64,000 nt of DNA, from contig JAWMAR010000026.1 of the NCBI GenBank assembly GCA_036785375.1, positions 12,152,001-12,216,000 on the forward strand, in the 5' to 3' direction. The number at the start of each line of letters is the position of its first letter. Position 1 is the stretch's first letter. Both the position numbers and the translations under genes were made by a program. Below are positions 24,415 to 36,528 of this stretch, piece after piece. Below the pieces are notes generated by a model. It saw only the letters and a program-made list of their open reading frames with translations. It was not told the origin of the DNA and searched no databases. The stretch is from Leucoraja ocellata (taxonomy: Eukaryota).

Positions 24415-25170
24415 TAGAAACATAGAAAATAGGTGCAGGAGAAGGCTATTCGGCCCTTCGAGCATGCCCTGCCATTCAATATGATCATGGCTGATCATCC
24501 AACTCAGTAACCTGTACCTGCCTTCCCTCCATACCCCCTGATCCCTTTAGCCACAAGGGCCACATCTAACTCCCGCTTAAATATAGCTCCAATCTAATCC
24601 CTCTTAAATATAATATTGTCTCCCTGCTGACTGGTTAGCACGCAACTAATGCTTTTCACTGTATCTCGGTACACGTGACAATAAACTAAACTCAAACTCA
24701 AAGTTGTTGGCCACTCATGGACTTTGACAGACACATGAGGAAAAAATGGATTGACTGTGCTTATATTCACTGGAATTTAGAAGGATGAGAGGATATCTTA
24801 TAGAAACATATAAAATTCTTAAGGGATTGGACAGGCTAGATGCAGGAAAAATGTTCCTGATGTTGGTGGAGACCAGAACCTGGGGTCACAGTTTAAGAAT
24901 AAGAGGTAGGTCATTTAGGACTAAGATGAGGAAATACCTTTTCACCCAGAGTTGTGATTCTGTGGAATGCTCTGGCACAGAAGGCAGTGGAGGCCAATTC
25001 ACTGGATGTTTTCAAGAGAGTTAAATCTAGCTCTTAAGCCTAATGGAATCAAGGGATATGGGGAGAAAGTAGGAATGGCGTACTGCTTTTGGATGATCAG
25101 ACATTATCATATTTAAAGGTGGTGCTGGGCTCGAAGGGCCAAATGGCCTACTCCACCTATTTTCTATGTT
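24415..25170. mobile_element. CR1/HER1-like 3' ends (minus 24415-24590; plus 24750-25170) around a short LINE-tail fragment
   Basis: MRGYLIETYKILKGLDRLDAGKMF...HSLRIRG (typical CR1 ORF2 C-terminus); tail ctcgaagggccaaatggcctactcc...ttctatg. Confidence 0.85.
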
Positions 25171-25995
25171 TTTAATCAGAACAGGACGAGGGTTGGAACT
25201 CACCATAAACTAAGGCAACAGAGCAGAGGGACCGACAACAAATGGAGAGGGTAACTAGGATGAGAAGAAAGATTTCTCACATGGTCGGACAAGCGGGATA
25301 CCATTTGTGATGCTAATGTGGTCCCTTGTTCTGTGGTGACAGAGACACAAGGCAGACGGAACTCTGGGTAAGGTGGGCTTGAGGTCGGGAGGTTGACGAA
25401 CATTGAAAATAAATGAGTTTGGTGGTTTATAAGGAGGGAGGAGCTAAGGCTTGAGTTTGGAAAAGGGAGATTCGGAGGAGGGAGTAACCCATAATGGCAC
25501 AAACCACGTAGAGATGAGGATATGATTTTAGTTAGATGGTCAGGGGGCACGGAATCAATGATTGTGATCTGAGTGACATTAATCATCACAAACTCCATGC
25601 AGCTGCAGGAGATATGGAAGCAAAGAATCAGGTCAGCAGGGTGTGGTGTAAACCAGGGGCCAGCTTTACAGTCCAGGAGCTGTGGCAGGGGCAGCTTTGT
25701 AGCAGCGGTGATGAACATGGTTCAGCCTCAGCAGATGGTAAAATAGTGACACAGACTGTGTGCAATTCTAGAATTACTAGAGATTCGAGAAATCAATATT
25801 CTTGTTGCTGGATTGTAAGCTGCCCAAGCAAAATATTCCATCGGTGTCTAGATTTCAATTTAGCGCAGCTATACCAGTTAGACCAGAAAAAAATAAATGA
25901 TTATTTCCTTTGTCATATCCATTTAGTGTTATGTTGGAGAAACATAACTAGGGGTCGTGGGATTGTGGAGGACAGCAGCTCACCGAATGGATGAA

Positions 25996-26237
25996 GATAG
26001 ACACAAAATGCGAGAGTAACTCAGTGGGACAGGCAGCATCGCTGGAGAAAAGGAATGGGTGACGTTTTGGGTCGAGACCCTTCTTCAGATAAGAGTGAAG
26101 AAGGGTCTTAAGAAAAGTCTCGGCCCGAAACATCACCCATTTCTTCTCTCCAGAGATGCTGCCTGCTCCGCCGAGTGACCCCAGCAGTTTGTGTCTATTT
26201 TTGGTTTAAACCAGCATCTGCAGTTCCTTCTTACACC
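25996..26237. mobile_element. PLE terminal palindrome
   Basis: Minus-strand core CTGAAGAAGGGTCTCGACCCAAAACGTC at 26088-26061, second partial core on plus, extended right arm. Confidence 0.8.
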
Positions 26238-27219
26238 AAATGGATGAATGCGGCTGAGGGCCTTCAGTTTTGTCATCGTCAGGTGGCTCAATGGTGCCAC
26301 CTGCAGGCAGCACAGGTGCAAGGATTTGAAGAGTTTTACGGAGTACCAATTTATTTGCAGTTATCAATACATAATCTGGTAAAACTGCATAATTACACAG
26401 GTCCAAAGTACAGAAGGAAGGCTTCTCTCCCACTATATAGACTCATTGACAGAGAAGTAGATGATAAATACATTAGATTCTCTGAATGCTGAGAGCCTGA
26501 GATTTATTGTGAGCAGCCCCACAAGGGATCAATACATAATGCTTAATTTCATTGAGGCAAAGGCTTCTATTTTTATTAGTTTGCGAGACTGACAAGGAAA
26601 GGTAATTTGCAAATGTGCACCTGCTGGATAATAAATTGTTATTTTACTCTGAAATCAATCGCAATTAACAGAAGCGGGAAGATCTCGTTGCATCGAGCAT
26701 AATTGCTTTGAAATGTTCACAAAAATGCAGCAAATTAAAAGTATGAAGCTTCAAGCTGGCAGCTGAGGAAGGCCAGATGTCAGCCGCCGACACTCCCTGG
26801 CCTGGTGGATAGCAAGGGAGATGGTGGCTGCTTCACTGACTGATGCTGGAAGTATTGGCGTTTATCACTGCCCTAAGCTATGCCCAAGCTGCGCAAACAA
26901 ACAACAACATCACTCAGCGTCATCTCGCACAACATGGCTACCATGTGAAGGCGCTTTGTGCTCTCACTCTGGGCAGTATGGGCATCAGCCTGCAGTCAGC
27001 TGGCACCCAGTGGGTAAGCTTCCAAAATGGCACCCAACCCAGGCGACTATTTGCAAGCCACAGAAGCAGATCTACAATCACATATTACAATCGCTCCACA
27101 CTCTTAAATCTCTACTCCCACAGCACCATTTCTTACTTTATTCCCTTGTCATGTATCTATACACTGTAACGGCTCGATTGTAATTATATATTGTCTATCT
27201 GCTGACTGGATAGCATGCG

Positions 27220-27520
27220 AGGGCCAGTGCAAATTGGAGGAACAGCATCTCATATTTCGCTTGGGTAGTTTACACCCAGCACTGTGAACATTGACTTCTC
27301 TTATTTTAGATAGCCCTTGCTTTCTCATTCCTTTCCCTACCCCTTCCCAGTTCTCCCATAAGTCCTACTGCCTCTGCCTACCTCCTTTCTTTTTCTGCCC
27401 CTCCCCACCCCCCTCCCCGACATCAGTCTGAAGAAGGGTCTCGACCCGAAACGTCGCCTATTCCTTCTCTCCATGGATGCTGCCTCACTCGCTGAGTTTC
27501 TCCAGCATTTCGTGTCAACC
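27220..27520 (+). mobile_element. Penelope-like element 3' end (GIY-YIG tail plus pLTR)
   Basis: aaattggaggaacagcatctcatatttcgcttggg (KLEEQHLIFRLG), followed by the hammerhead core and pLTR. Confidence 0.85.
27428..27455 (+). ncRNA. Minimal type-I hammerhead ribozyme core within the PLE pLTR
   Basis: CUGAAGA-A-GGGUC UC GACCC-GAAA-C-GUC: conserved CUGANGA and GAAA boxes, stem II hairpin, palindromic ACGU stem III, GUC cleavage triplet. Stem I is only ~2 bp locally. Confidence 0.65.
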
Positions 27521-27521
27521 A

Positions 27522-28020
27522 TAGGAAAGATGTGGAGGCTTTGGAGAGGGCACCGAGGAGATTTGCCGGAATGTTGCCGGGATTAGAGGGTTTCAGCTAT
27601 GGGGAAGATTGGGATTGTTTTCTCTGCAATGCCAGAGGTTGAGGGGAGACTTGACAGAAGTTTGTATAATTATGAGAGGCATAGATAGGGTAGACAGTCA
27701 GAACCATTTTTCCCCAGGATGGAAAGGTCCAATACTAGAGGGGATAGAGCTATGTGGTGAGAGGGGGAAATGGAGATGTGTGGGGCAAGTTGTTTTACAC
27801 AGAGAATGGTGGGGGCCTGGAAACGCATTGCTAGGGATAATGGTGGAGGTAGATACGATAATGCCATTTATGAGACTTATGGTTAGGCACATGGAAGTGC
27901 AGCAAATAGAGGGATATGGATCATGTACAGGCAGATTAGATCAGTTTAACCTGGCATCATATTCGGCACAAATATTGTGGGCTGAAGGGCTTGTTCCTGT
28001 GCTGTACTATGTTCTATGTT
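27522..28020 (+). mobile_element. CR1-like LINE 3' end
   Basis: LGLFSLQCQRLRGDLTEVCIIMRGIDRVDSQ; ends gggctgaagggcttgttcctgtgctgtactatgttctatg. Confidence 0.85.
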
Positions 28021-28325
28021 CTGTCCTATGTTCTATGTTCTATGTTCTATGTGATATGTTCTATGTTCTATGTGATATGTTCTATGTTCTATGTGATATG
28101 TTCTATGTTCTATGTTCTATGTTCTATGTTCTATGTGCTATGTGCTATGTGCTATGTGCTATGTTCTATGTGATATGTTCTATGTGATATGTTCTATGTG
28201 ATATGTTCTATGTGATATGTTCTATGTGATATGTTCTATGTGATATGTTCTATGTGATATGTTCTATGTGATATGTTCTATGTGATATGTTCTATGTGAT
28301 ATGTTCTATGTGATATGTTCTATGT
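28008..28325 (+). repeat. 7-mer-based satellite (TATGTTC / TATGTGA / TATGTGC) expanded from the LINE tail
   Basis: About 45 heptamers, ending in a regular 14-mer (TATGTTCTATGTGA)n. Confidence 0.95.
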
Positions 28326-28367
28326 AAAGTTTGGACAGATACGCCAATGCTTTGCTGTCTGAGACTT

Positions 28368-28984
28368 CGTTTAGTTTAAAGATACAACATAGAACAGGCC
28401 GTTCGGCCCACCAAGTCCACAGCAATCATTGATTACCTGCTAACACTAGCTCTACATTATCCCAATTTCCCATACATTCCCTACACACTAGTGGCAATTT
28501 ATGGAGGCCAATAAACCTGGAGATCCACACATCTTTGGCATGAGGGAGGAAGCCACCACATTTAGGGACCGTTTCATCCCAGCTGTTATCAGGCAACTGA
28601 ACCATACTGTCAACAACTAGAGAGCAGTCCTGTGTTACTATTTACCTCATTGGGGACACTAGGACTATTTGTAATTCAACTTTATTGGACGTTCTCTAGC
28701 AAACTAAAGGTTATTCCCTTTATCATGTAACTGTACACTGTGGATGGCTCAATTGCAATCATGTACAGTTTTTCCGCTCACTGGTTAGCATGCAACAAAA
28801 AGCTTTTCACTATTTCTCAGTTCACGTACGATGAACTAAACTAAACTAAGACGTAACACTTGGAGAAAACCAACCGGTCACAGGGAGAACGTGCAAACTC
28901 CACACAGGCAGCACAGGTTAGGATCGATCCTGCGTCTCTGGCACTGTGAGGCAGCAGCTCCACCAGCTGTGCTTCTGTGCTGCC
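28368..28984 (-). mobile_element. V-SINE split by a plus-strand Rex1/Babar-like 3' end (~28555-28848)
   Basis: SINE 3' half at 28368-28550, 5' half at 28860-28984; the insert ends in (CTAAA)n. Confidence 0.65.
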
Positions 28985-29732
28985 CAGATATGCTGGCTGT
29001 TGAAAAAAAGTGTCCTGGAGCCAGGCCCTTCGGCTCATTGGATCTGTGGCCACTATCAAACATTCATTTACATCAATCTCTATTTATTTTGGGGACACAC
29101 AAGACTGCAGATCATGGAACAAAGGGTTGGAGGAACTCAGCAGGTCAGGCAGCACCTCAGGAGGAAATGGATTGGCGATGTTTTTGGTGGGGACCCTACT
29201 TATCCCTTCTCCCCCACAACTCCCCCTCCTGATTCTACCTCTCACCCACACACAGGACTTAATTTAGTGGGGTGATTTAATCTATCCACACGCCTTTGGG
29301 ATATTGGAGGAAACTGAAGCAGTTTTCCGGGGAAAACCCATGCGGTCACAGGGAGACAGTACTGAAGATCATCATCAAACCTGGGTCAATGGAGCTGTGA
29401 GGGAGCAGCACTAACTGCTGAATCTCTCTGCCGCCTGCCATGATAAACCTGAACTCTCGCTGTTCCCTCTGCTGGACATCCATCAACAGAATAGATCTTG
29501 GGAGAGCACTTTAACCTGTTCTGACCCATGCGTTCCTCTGTAGGAAATATGCTGATGAGAACTTTGGAGAGGGTAAAGAGACAGATTCACATGGATGCTG
29601 CCTGGATTAGAGGACATTAGTTTTAAGGAAGCTGGAGAAACATGGATTATTTTTTCAGGAGCATTGGTCACTGAGGGGAGACTTGATAAAAGCATCTAAT
29701 CTTTATGTGGCATAGAGAGGGTAGACTTTTCG

Positions 29733-30037
29733 AGTTTAGCTTAGAGATACAGCTTGGAAACAGGCCCTTCAGCCCACTGAGTCCGCGCCGACCAGCGATC
29801 CCCGTACACGAGCACTATACTACACACTAGGGACAATTTACAATCATTACCAAAGCCAATTAACCTACAAACCTGGACGTCGTTGGAGCGAGGGAGGAAA
29901 GTGGAGCTCCTGGGGAAACCCCACGTGGTCACAGGGAGAATGTACAAACTCCGTGCAGACAGCACCCATAGTCATGATCGAACGTGGGTCTCTGCCGCTG
30001 TAAGGCAGCAACTCTACCGCTGCGCCACCGTGCTGCC
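29733..30037 (-). mobile_element. V-SINE inserted into a CR1 3' fragment (CR1 ~29560-29725 and 30053-30372, plus)
   Basis: Young SINE close to consensus; CR1 gagggtagac is resumed as ctgtcagatctttttcccagg. Confidence 0.8.
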
Positions 30038-30817
30038 GCTGCCAATTTCTCGACTGTCAGATCTTTTTCCCAGGATGGAAATGTTAAATATTAGAGGTTA
30101 AAGCTTAAAGCTCAGAGGAGGAATGTTTAAAGTGGATGGTATGCGGCAAGTCCATTGCACAGAGGGTGGTGGGTGTCTGGAACGCACTGCCAGAGATAGT
30201 GGTGGAGGCAGATATGACCGTTGTGTTTAAGAGGCTTGTAGATGGTCACATGAATATGCAAGGAATGGAGGTATGTGGATTCAAAAGCAGGCAGAGGAGA
30301 TTGGTTTAACTTGACATCATGTTCGGCACAGACATTGTGGGCCGAAAGGCCTTTCCTGCGTTGTACTGTTCCATGAAAATAATGGCTGTGTTCAAAGCTG
30401 CAGTACCTCCAGCTGCCACATGAGGCTGCTGAATGCTCAGTGTGCCTCCACACCATTCCTCCCAGACACAACCTCAGTCACCCTTTCCTCTCCCACAGAC
30501 CTTTGGTTAACGTTCAAAGCAAACAGCAAATGTCAGGGTAATCCAAAACCAATTAAAATTGATTAACTGCGTTGGCTAAAAATCATTTGAAGAGATTGTG
30601 TTTTATTTTTGTTACAAATGAAATTGGCATTGGAAAAGCAAATTTGCTGCTGTGAATCCTCCAGTAGGAATATAGAAACAAAGAACTGCAGATGCTGGTT
30701 AATAGACAGAAGCACATTAAGGTGCCGAAATAACTCAGCAGTCAGGCAGTATCGGGAGTAATTCAGCAGTTTATGAGCCACTGAGTTACTCCACCACTTT
30801 GAATCCTTCAAAGTTGT

Positions 30818-31210
30818 AATAGTGAAAGGCCTGGATAGAGTGAATCAAATAGTGAAAGGCCTGGATAGAGTGAATGTGGGGAGGATGTTTCCACAAGTGG
30901 GAGAGTCTAGGACCAAAGGCCATAGCCTCAGAATAAAAGGACGTACCTTCAGAAAGGAGATGAGGAGGAATTTCATAAGTCAGAGGGTGATGAATCTGTG
31001 GAATTAATTGCCACAGAAGGCTGTGGTGGCCACGTTAATGGATATTTTAAACACAGAGATTGATAGATTCTTGATTAGTGCGGGTGTCAGGAGTATGGGG
31101 AGAGGGCAGAAGAATGGGGTTGAGAGGGAAAGATAGATCAACCATGACTGAATGGTGGAGGAGACTTGATGGGCCGAATGGCCTAATTCTGCTCCCGTAA
31201 CTTATGAACT
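30818..31210 (+). mobile_element. CR1/HER1-like 3' end
   Basis: KGLDRVNVGRMFPQVGESRTKGHSLRIKGRTFRKEMRRNF; tail gggccgaatggcctaattctgctcc...cttatgaa. Confidence 0.85.
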
Positions 31211-31499
31211 TTAGTAATTGAGTGGCTGAGTTTTGAATGAACAGGCAGAATTACCGCTCCAGGGAAAAACTGCCCGGCAATAATGTCCTCCCGGAATAGG
31301 ATGGACGGGGTGTCCACCAGAGTCAGCGGCACAGAGCTGGCCTTTGGTCCTGACCCATCCACAGGGTCAGCTGTTCACACACACCTGTCACTGCTGGCCA
31401 GGCCACAGCTGCCCACTCGCTGCTACATCTCAGAATAAGAGACATGATAATAACAGGATTCAATCCCTTGGTTGGATAAAATCAGCAGTGATAGTCGAA

Positions 31500-32500
31500 A
31501 CAAAAGAAAAGTAAAAGGCTTTTCATGATACATTAAAACAAGGGAATAACTAGGGAAAATGTAGGTCCGCTCACGGGAAAAGGAAGGAAATGAGGCTTGG
31601 AGCCAGAGTGTGTAGGTGGGGTACTAGGGATATACTTTGCAGCCATTCACTAAGGGGAAGGACATGGAGGACAGGGAGATCAGCGTGAGGAACATTAATG
31701 TGCAAGGGCAGTTGGAAATCAAGAATGAGGTGGTTTTGGAGCTCTTGAAAAGCTCTTGAAAAGCATAACTCTTTGCGCCCATGGGTCTTTTTTCTTGATC
31801 ACTTTTTCACACACTCACAATTCTATCTCACTTTCTTTACCTTTTTTTTCTTTTTAAAGCTGAAAAAATGAAGTGGTACAAGAAATGTATTGTTATATTT
31901 GGCTCATATTATTGTGATGTACTTTACTTCTAATAAATAAAATAAAAAAATAAATAAAAAAAACTAAAGCATTAATGCGGATGAATACCGAGGGCCTGAT
32001 AGGATCTATCCCAGGGTATTGAGAGAGGCAAGAGAAGGGATTGGGACCTTTTTGAAGATCTTTGTACCTTTCTTACCCACTGGCGAGGTTCCAGAGAACT
32101 GGACTGTAGTCAATGTTGTTCCTTTGTATAAGAAAGAAAGGAGAGATAATTGAAGTCATAGCTAGGGTAGACAGTCAGAACATTTTTCCCCAGGGTGGAA
32201 ATGTCAAATACTAGAAGGCATAGCTTTATGGTGAGGGTGGCAAAGTTGAAAGGAGATGTGCGTGGCACGTTTTATTATACAGAGAGTGATGGGAGCCTGG
32301 AATGTGCTGGCAGTAGTGGTGACGGAGGCTGACACAATAATAGCATTAGGCGGCCTTTGAATAGGCAAACGGATTTCCAGGGAAGGAAGGGATATGGATC
32401 ACGTGCAGGCAGAGGAGATTAGTTTAACGGCATCATGTTTGGTACAGTCATTGTGGGTCAAAGTCCTGTTCCTGTGATGTTCTCTTCTATGTTCAATGTT
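31500..32500 (+). mobile_element. CR1-like ORF2 fragments interrupted by an L1-like poly(A) 3' end (~31767-31965)
   Basis: gggcctgataggatctatcccagggtattgagaga (GPDxIYPRVLRE); the insert is flanked by aaagcat repeats. Confidence 0.7.
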
Positions 32501-32639
32501 CTAAACAACTGCAGGTGCTTGAAATCTAAAATAAAATGTTTCTGCTGAAAGGTCATCAATCTGAAATGTTAAATGTTTCCCTTTCCGCAGATGCTGCCTA
32601 ACGTGCTGAGTGCTTCCAATGATTCCTCTTAGTTTTTCT

Positions 32640-32955
32640 GGCCATTCACTTGGACTTTTTCCCAATGTTGTTAATGGTGTTCACCGTTCACAACATGGCC
32701 TCCCCTACATGGGGGAAACTAAAGGCAGACTGGATGATCGCTTTGAGGAGCACTTGCACTCAATGTCCATCAACGACCCTGATATTCCCATTATCTACCA
32801 TTGACCGTCCCACTCTCACTTGAACCCGTCTGCCTGTGGCCTCCTGCACTGTTACAATTAAGACCCTTGACATCTCAAAGAACACCACCTCATAATTCAT
32901 CTGGGCATGCTTCAGTTTGCAGGATTGAATACCAAGTTCTGCAATTCAGATAGCT
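32640..32955 (+). mobile_element. Old PLE GIY-YIG remnant
   Basis: GLPYMGETKGRLDDRFEEHL (YIG motif region); later aaagaacaccacctcataattcatctggg. Confidence 0.7.
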
Positions 32956-33954
32956 TTTCTTCTGTGTGTATCAGGACTGGATTTTCTGTGCCTGCCAATC
33001 TCTTCTTTTCATCTTTCCTTAGTATATTCTGGCCTCGTGGGCATGTCCCAGTTAACCAGACTACACAGCATTAACACATTGCACCAGATAAAAGAGCCTC
33101 ACTGTCCATGCAACACTCACATCATTTCACCATACGACAGATATTCCCTCTGCTCCACCCATTGATTTCTCAATTACACTGCAGGGGCATTGACCTGAAA
33201 CGTTAACTCTTTGTATTTTTCACAGATGCTACCTGCTGTGAGACCCCCCCCCATCCCCTCCCGCCCCCCCGCAATGTTCATTTATTTTTAGGGCCAAATA
33301 AACAAAGCCTTTCATCCTAGGAAGATCCTTTCACAATTCTGCTGCAGTGTCTCTACACTCCAGAGGTTTAACTTCTGGAGAACAATCTTTTACAATAAAA
33401 TTGCTTTCTAAAAACTACCTTGGAAAGGCCAGATCATCGGTCATGGGTCTGGATGCCTTTTGCTAAGTTCCCTTTGTGTCTCAGAGTCTGGAGCTCTGAT
33501 GTGGTTGGAGGCTGGTAGCTGGCTCCGCAATGGTATATTTATGCTGACTTCAATCAGCTTTCATGTTTCAAAACATCTGAGCTCAAAGCAATCACAAACA
33601 TTATTGAACATACAGTAGATCAGTACAATGCAGGGGAACAGGCCCTTCAGCCTTCCATGTCTACACCAACCATGATGCCAATGTAAACAACCCTTCTGTC
33701 TTTGTCCGTACCCTGCCTGTTCATGTGCTTTAATGCTTCTTCACATGCTGTCAAACCTGCTTCTACCATCTCCTCTTGCAACATACCCCAAATATCTACC
33801 ACTCTGTACAAAACAATTTGCCTCACAAAACTCCTTTAACATTTCTGTCTCTCATCCTAAACCAGGATATATATATATATATGGCAGCATGGTGGGTTAG
33901 GTGCCATCATTTTGTAAGGGAGTTTCGAAATCAGTAAGTGTTCCATACGTCTTA

Positions 33955-34865
33955 TATGTCAATTGGATCCTCGACTTCCTCATCCACAGACCACAGTCTG
34001 TCCGTATTGGTGGAAATGTGTCTTCCTCGATAACGATCAGCACGGGAGCACCTCAAGGCTGCGTGCTCAGCCCTCTGCTTGACTCACTCTATACTCATGA
34101 CTGCGTAGCCGGACAGAGTGCGAACTCCATCATCAAGTTGTGGGACGAATCACTGATGGGGACGAGCTAGAGAATAGAAGTGAGATCGACCGATTGACCA
34201 AATGGTACCAACACAATAACCTGGCTCTCAACACAGGCAAAACCAAGGAACTGATTGTGGACTGGAAGGGGTAGGATAAGGACCCATAATCCCTTTTACA
34301 TCAACGATGGTGGAAAGGGTCAAGAAGTTCAAATTCCTGGGCATGCACATTTCTGAAGATTTCTCCTGGTCCCAGCACACTGATGCAATCATAAAGAAAG
34401 CACATCAGCGCCTCTACTTCCTGAGAAGACTACGGAGAGTCGATATGTCAAAGAGGACTCTCTCGAACTTCTACAGGTGCACAGTAGAGAGCATGCTGAC
34501 TGGTTGCATCGTGGCTTGGTTCGGCAACCTGAGGGTCCAGGAGCAGAAAAGGATGCAGAAAGTTGTGACCACTACCCACTACCATCACCGGCTCTGACCT
34601 CCCCACTATCTTTCGCAGGGATCTATCGCAGCCACTGCCTCAAAAAGGCAGCCAACATCATCAAGGACCCACACCATCCTGGCCACGCACTCATCTCTCC
34701 ATTACCATCGGGCAGAAGATACAGGAGCCTGAAATCTGTTACATCCAGGTTCAGGAACAGCAGCTTCCCCACAGCCATCAGGCTATTAAACTCGCCAACA
34801 AACAGACTCTGAACTGTAACAGCCTATTGCATTTTATCTGCTTATTTATGTGTATATTGAACTGA
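33955..34865 (+). mobile_element. Rex1/Babar-like LINE RT 3' portion (frameshifted)
   Basis: [17 protein letters not shown]...[14 protein letters not shown]; ERVKKFKFLG...KKAHQRLYFLRRL...IIKDPHHPGH...LPSGRRYRS. Confidence 0.9.
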
Positions 34866-35442
34866 ACGTCTCTTGACTTGACATATGTCTTATAAATCTT
34901 TTTTTTGCATTCTTTTTTCAAATTTTGGAAGTATTCCATTTTGGGCAAATAGTGGCTGTTTTTTTTATCACAAATTAGCTCTAAAGGATCATAGGCAGGC
35001 CCATTTTTAATCCTGTGGTGTTTAATTATGATTTAATAACTTTCAAATGTGTCCACCCATGTCACAGGTTGGTATCCTTATTTACAGAAACCCCTATATA
35101 TATATATATATAACTGCCTTACCTCTATACCTATAAAAGTCTCAACATGTATGTGTGTGTGTGTGTGTTGTATGTATGCATTTGATTTTGTATTTTTGCC
35201 AAAACACTACGCAGTAGCGCTTAAATGTTCACATATTCTGACACCTTTTTCCCCTCCACGCAGTGTTCAGGTTCACTAGATTTGATGATATATTTCACAC
35301 GTTATTGGTGAATGAAATTGAAAAAAAAAGATGAATCAGCCTTTTTAATCACCTTTCACACACAGATTCTTCAACCAGCTTTGACTGATGACGTCACAAT
35401 GAGGTGGGCGGGCACCATGGCTCGGTCGGCGCCCATTTCACA

Positions 35443-35568
35443 CATGCCCACCCGCGGCCTTGCTCGATTCCTCGGGTCCATGCCCACCCGCGGCCTTGCT
35501 CGATTCCTCAGGTCCATGCCCACCCGCGGCCTCGCTCGGGTCCTCGTGTCCACGCCCGCCCACGGCCT
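35443..35568 (+). repeat. 36-bp GC-rich minisatellite (~3.5 units)
   Basis: Unit catgcccacccgcggccttgctcgattcctcgggtc. Confidence 0.9.
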
Positions 35569-36465
35569 CCCTGCTTCCCTCCCACAGCACGGTGCTCCCT
35601 CCTCACCACCCCCCCTCCCTCCCACATACTTTCCATCGCGGACCAAATATGATTTGAAAGCCGTACGGCCAACTCTCAACACCGTGGTAAAGGAATTTAA
35701 TCTCACTTACAGCCAAGCTTCTAAAGTTACTCAAGGCTACTCCAACTTCACATTCCTGACAACAGCTCAGAAACCATAGAGACTTCAATGCACATAGTTC
35801 TGAAATTTACTCTGAGCAAGAGAAGGACCAAAATTGGAAAGCCATAGAGTTATCCCTTCTACCCCCCACCCCTCCCAAACAGCCCACTCCCCCCTACCCT
35901 CCCCTCCCCACCCACACATCCCACCCCGCACACCCTCCTGCCCCACACACACCCCACGTATATATAAGGTACTAGACTAAGTAGAACCCATTGGATCCCA
36001 GCACCACACAGGAGGGCTAGTCCCCCAATGCAATATTCCACCTCTCCACCAATTCCAATATAGGTGGCCAGTAGGGGGCTTTCTGGAGTGCTAGTATGGG
36101 TGTTGTGGGCTAAAAGGACTGGTTTCCAGAGAGCTAGTATGGACCTTGTGGGCCAAATGGGTTCTTGGGCTGGCGGCTCATTCACTCAAGCCTGTTATGC
36201 TGGCAGCTCACTCACGGCTGGTGGGCTGGCAGTTGACTCACGGCTTTTCCTTGAAATTCCATTTCAAGCAGGGTGCAAGGCAACCAAATTCAAGTGCAGT
36301 TTCTTACCACTTCAAGCAGGGTGTAAGGCCACTAAAGACAGAGAGTCGGGAGCTCTCCCTCATCCATCTTGCAGAGACTGAGCCACACCCACACTTCTGG
36401 GTTTTATAGTCCCTCCCCCCTCCCACCAGAAGGAGTGGTCAAGATTAGACTTTTAATTATATAGA

Positions 36466-36528
36466 AGGCAAGGCAACTTTAATTAGGCAAGGCAACTTTA
36501 ATTAGGCAAGGGAACTTTAATTAGGCAA
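36466..36528 (+). repeat. 19-bp tandem repeat (~3.3 units)
   Basis: Unit aggcaaggcaactttaatt. Confidence 0.9.

Noticed and set aside
25200-25994. 172-aa and 152-aa overlapping ORFs
   Set aside because: No recognisable motif or splice structure; possibly decayed retroelement sequence (a PLE fragment lies at ~25800), but not assignable.
35443-35568. CRISPR-like 36-bp repeats
   Set aside because: Head-to-tail tandem units without spacers, in vertebrate DNA with no cas genes.
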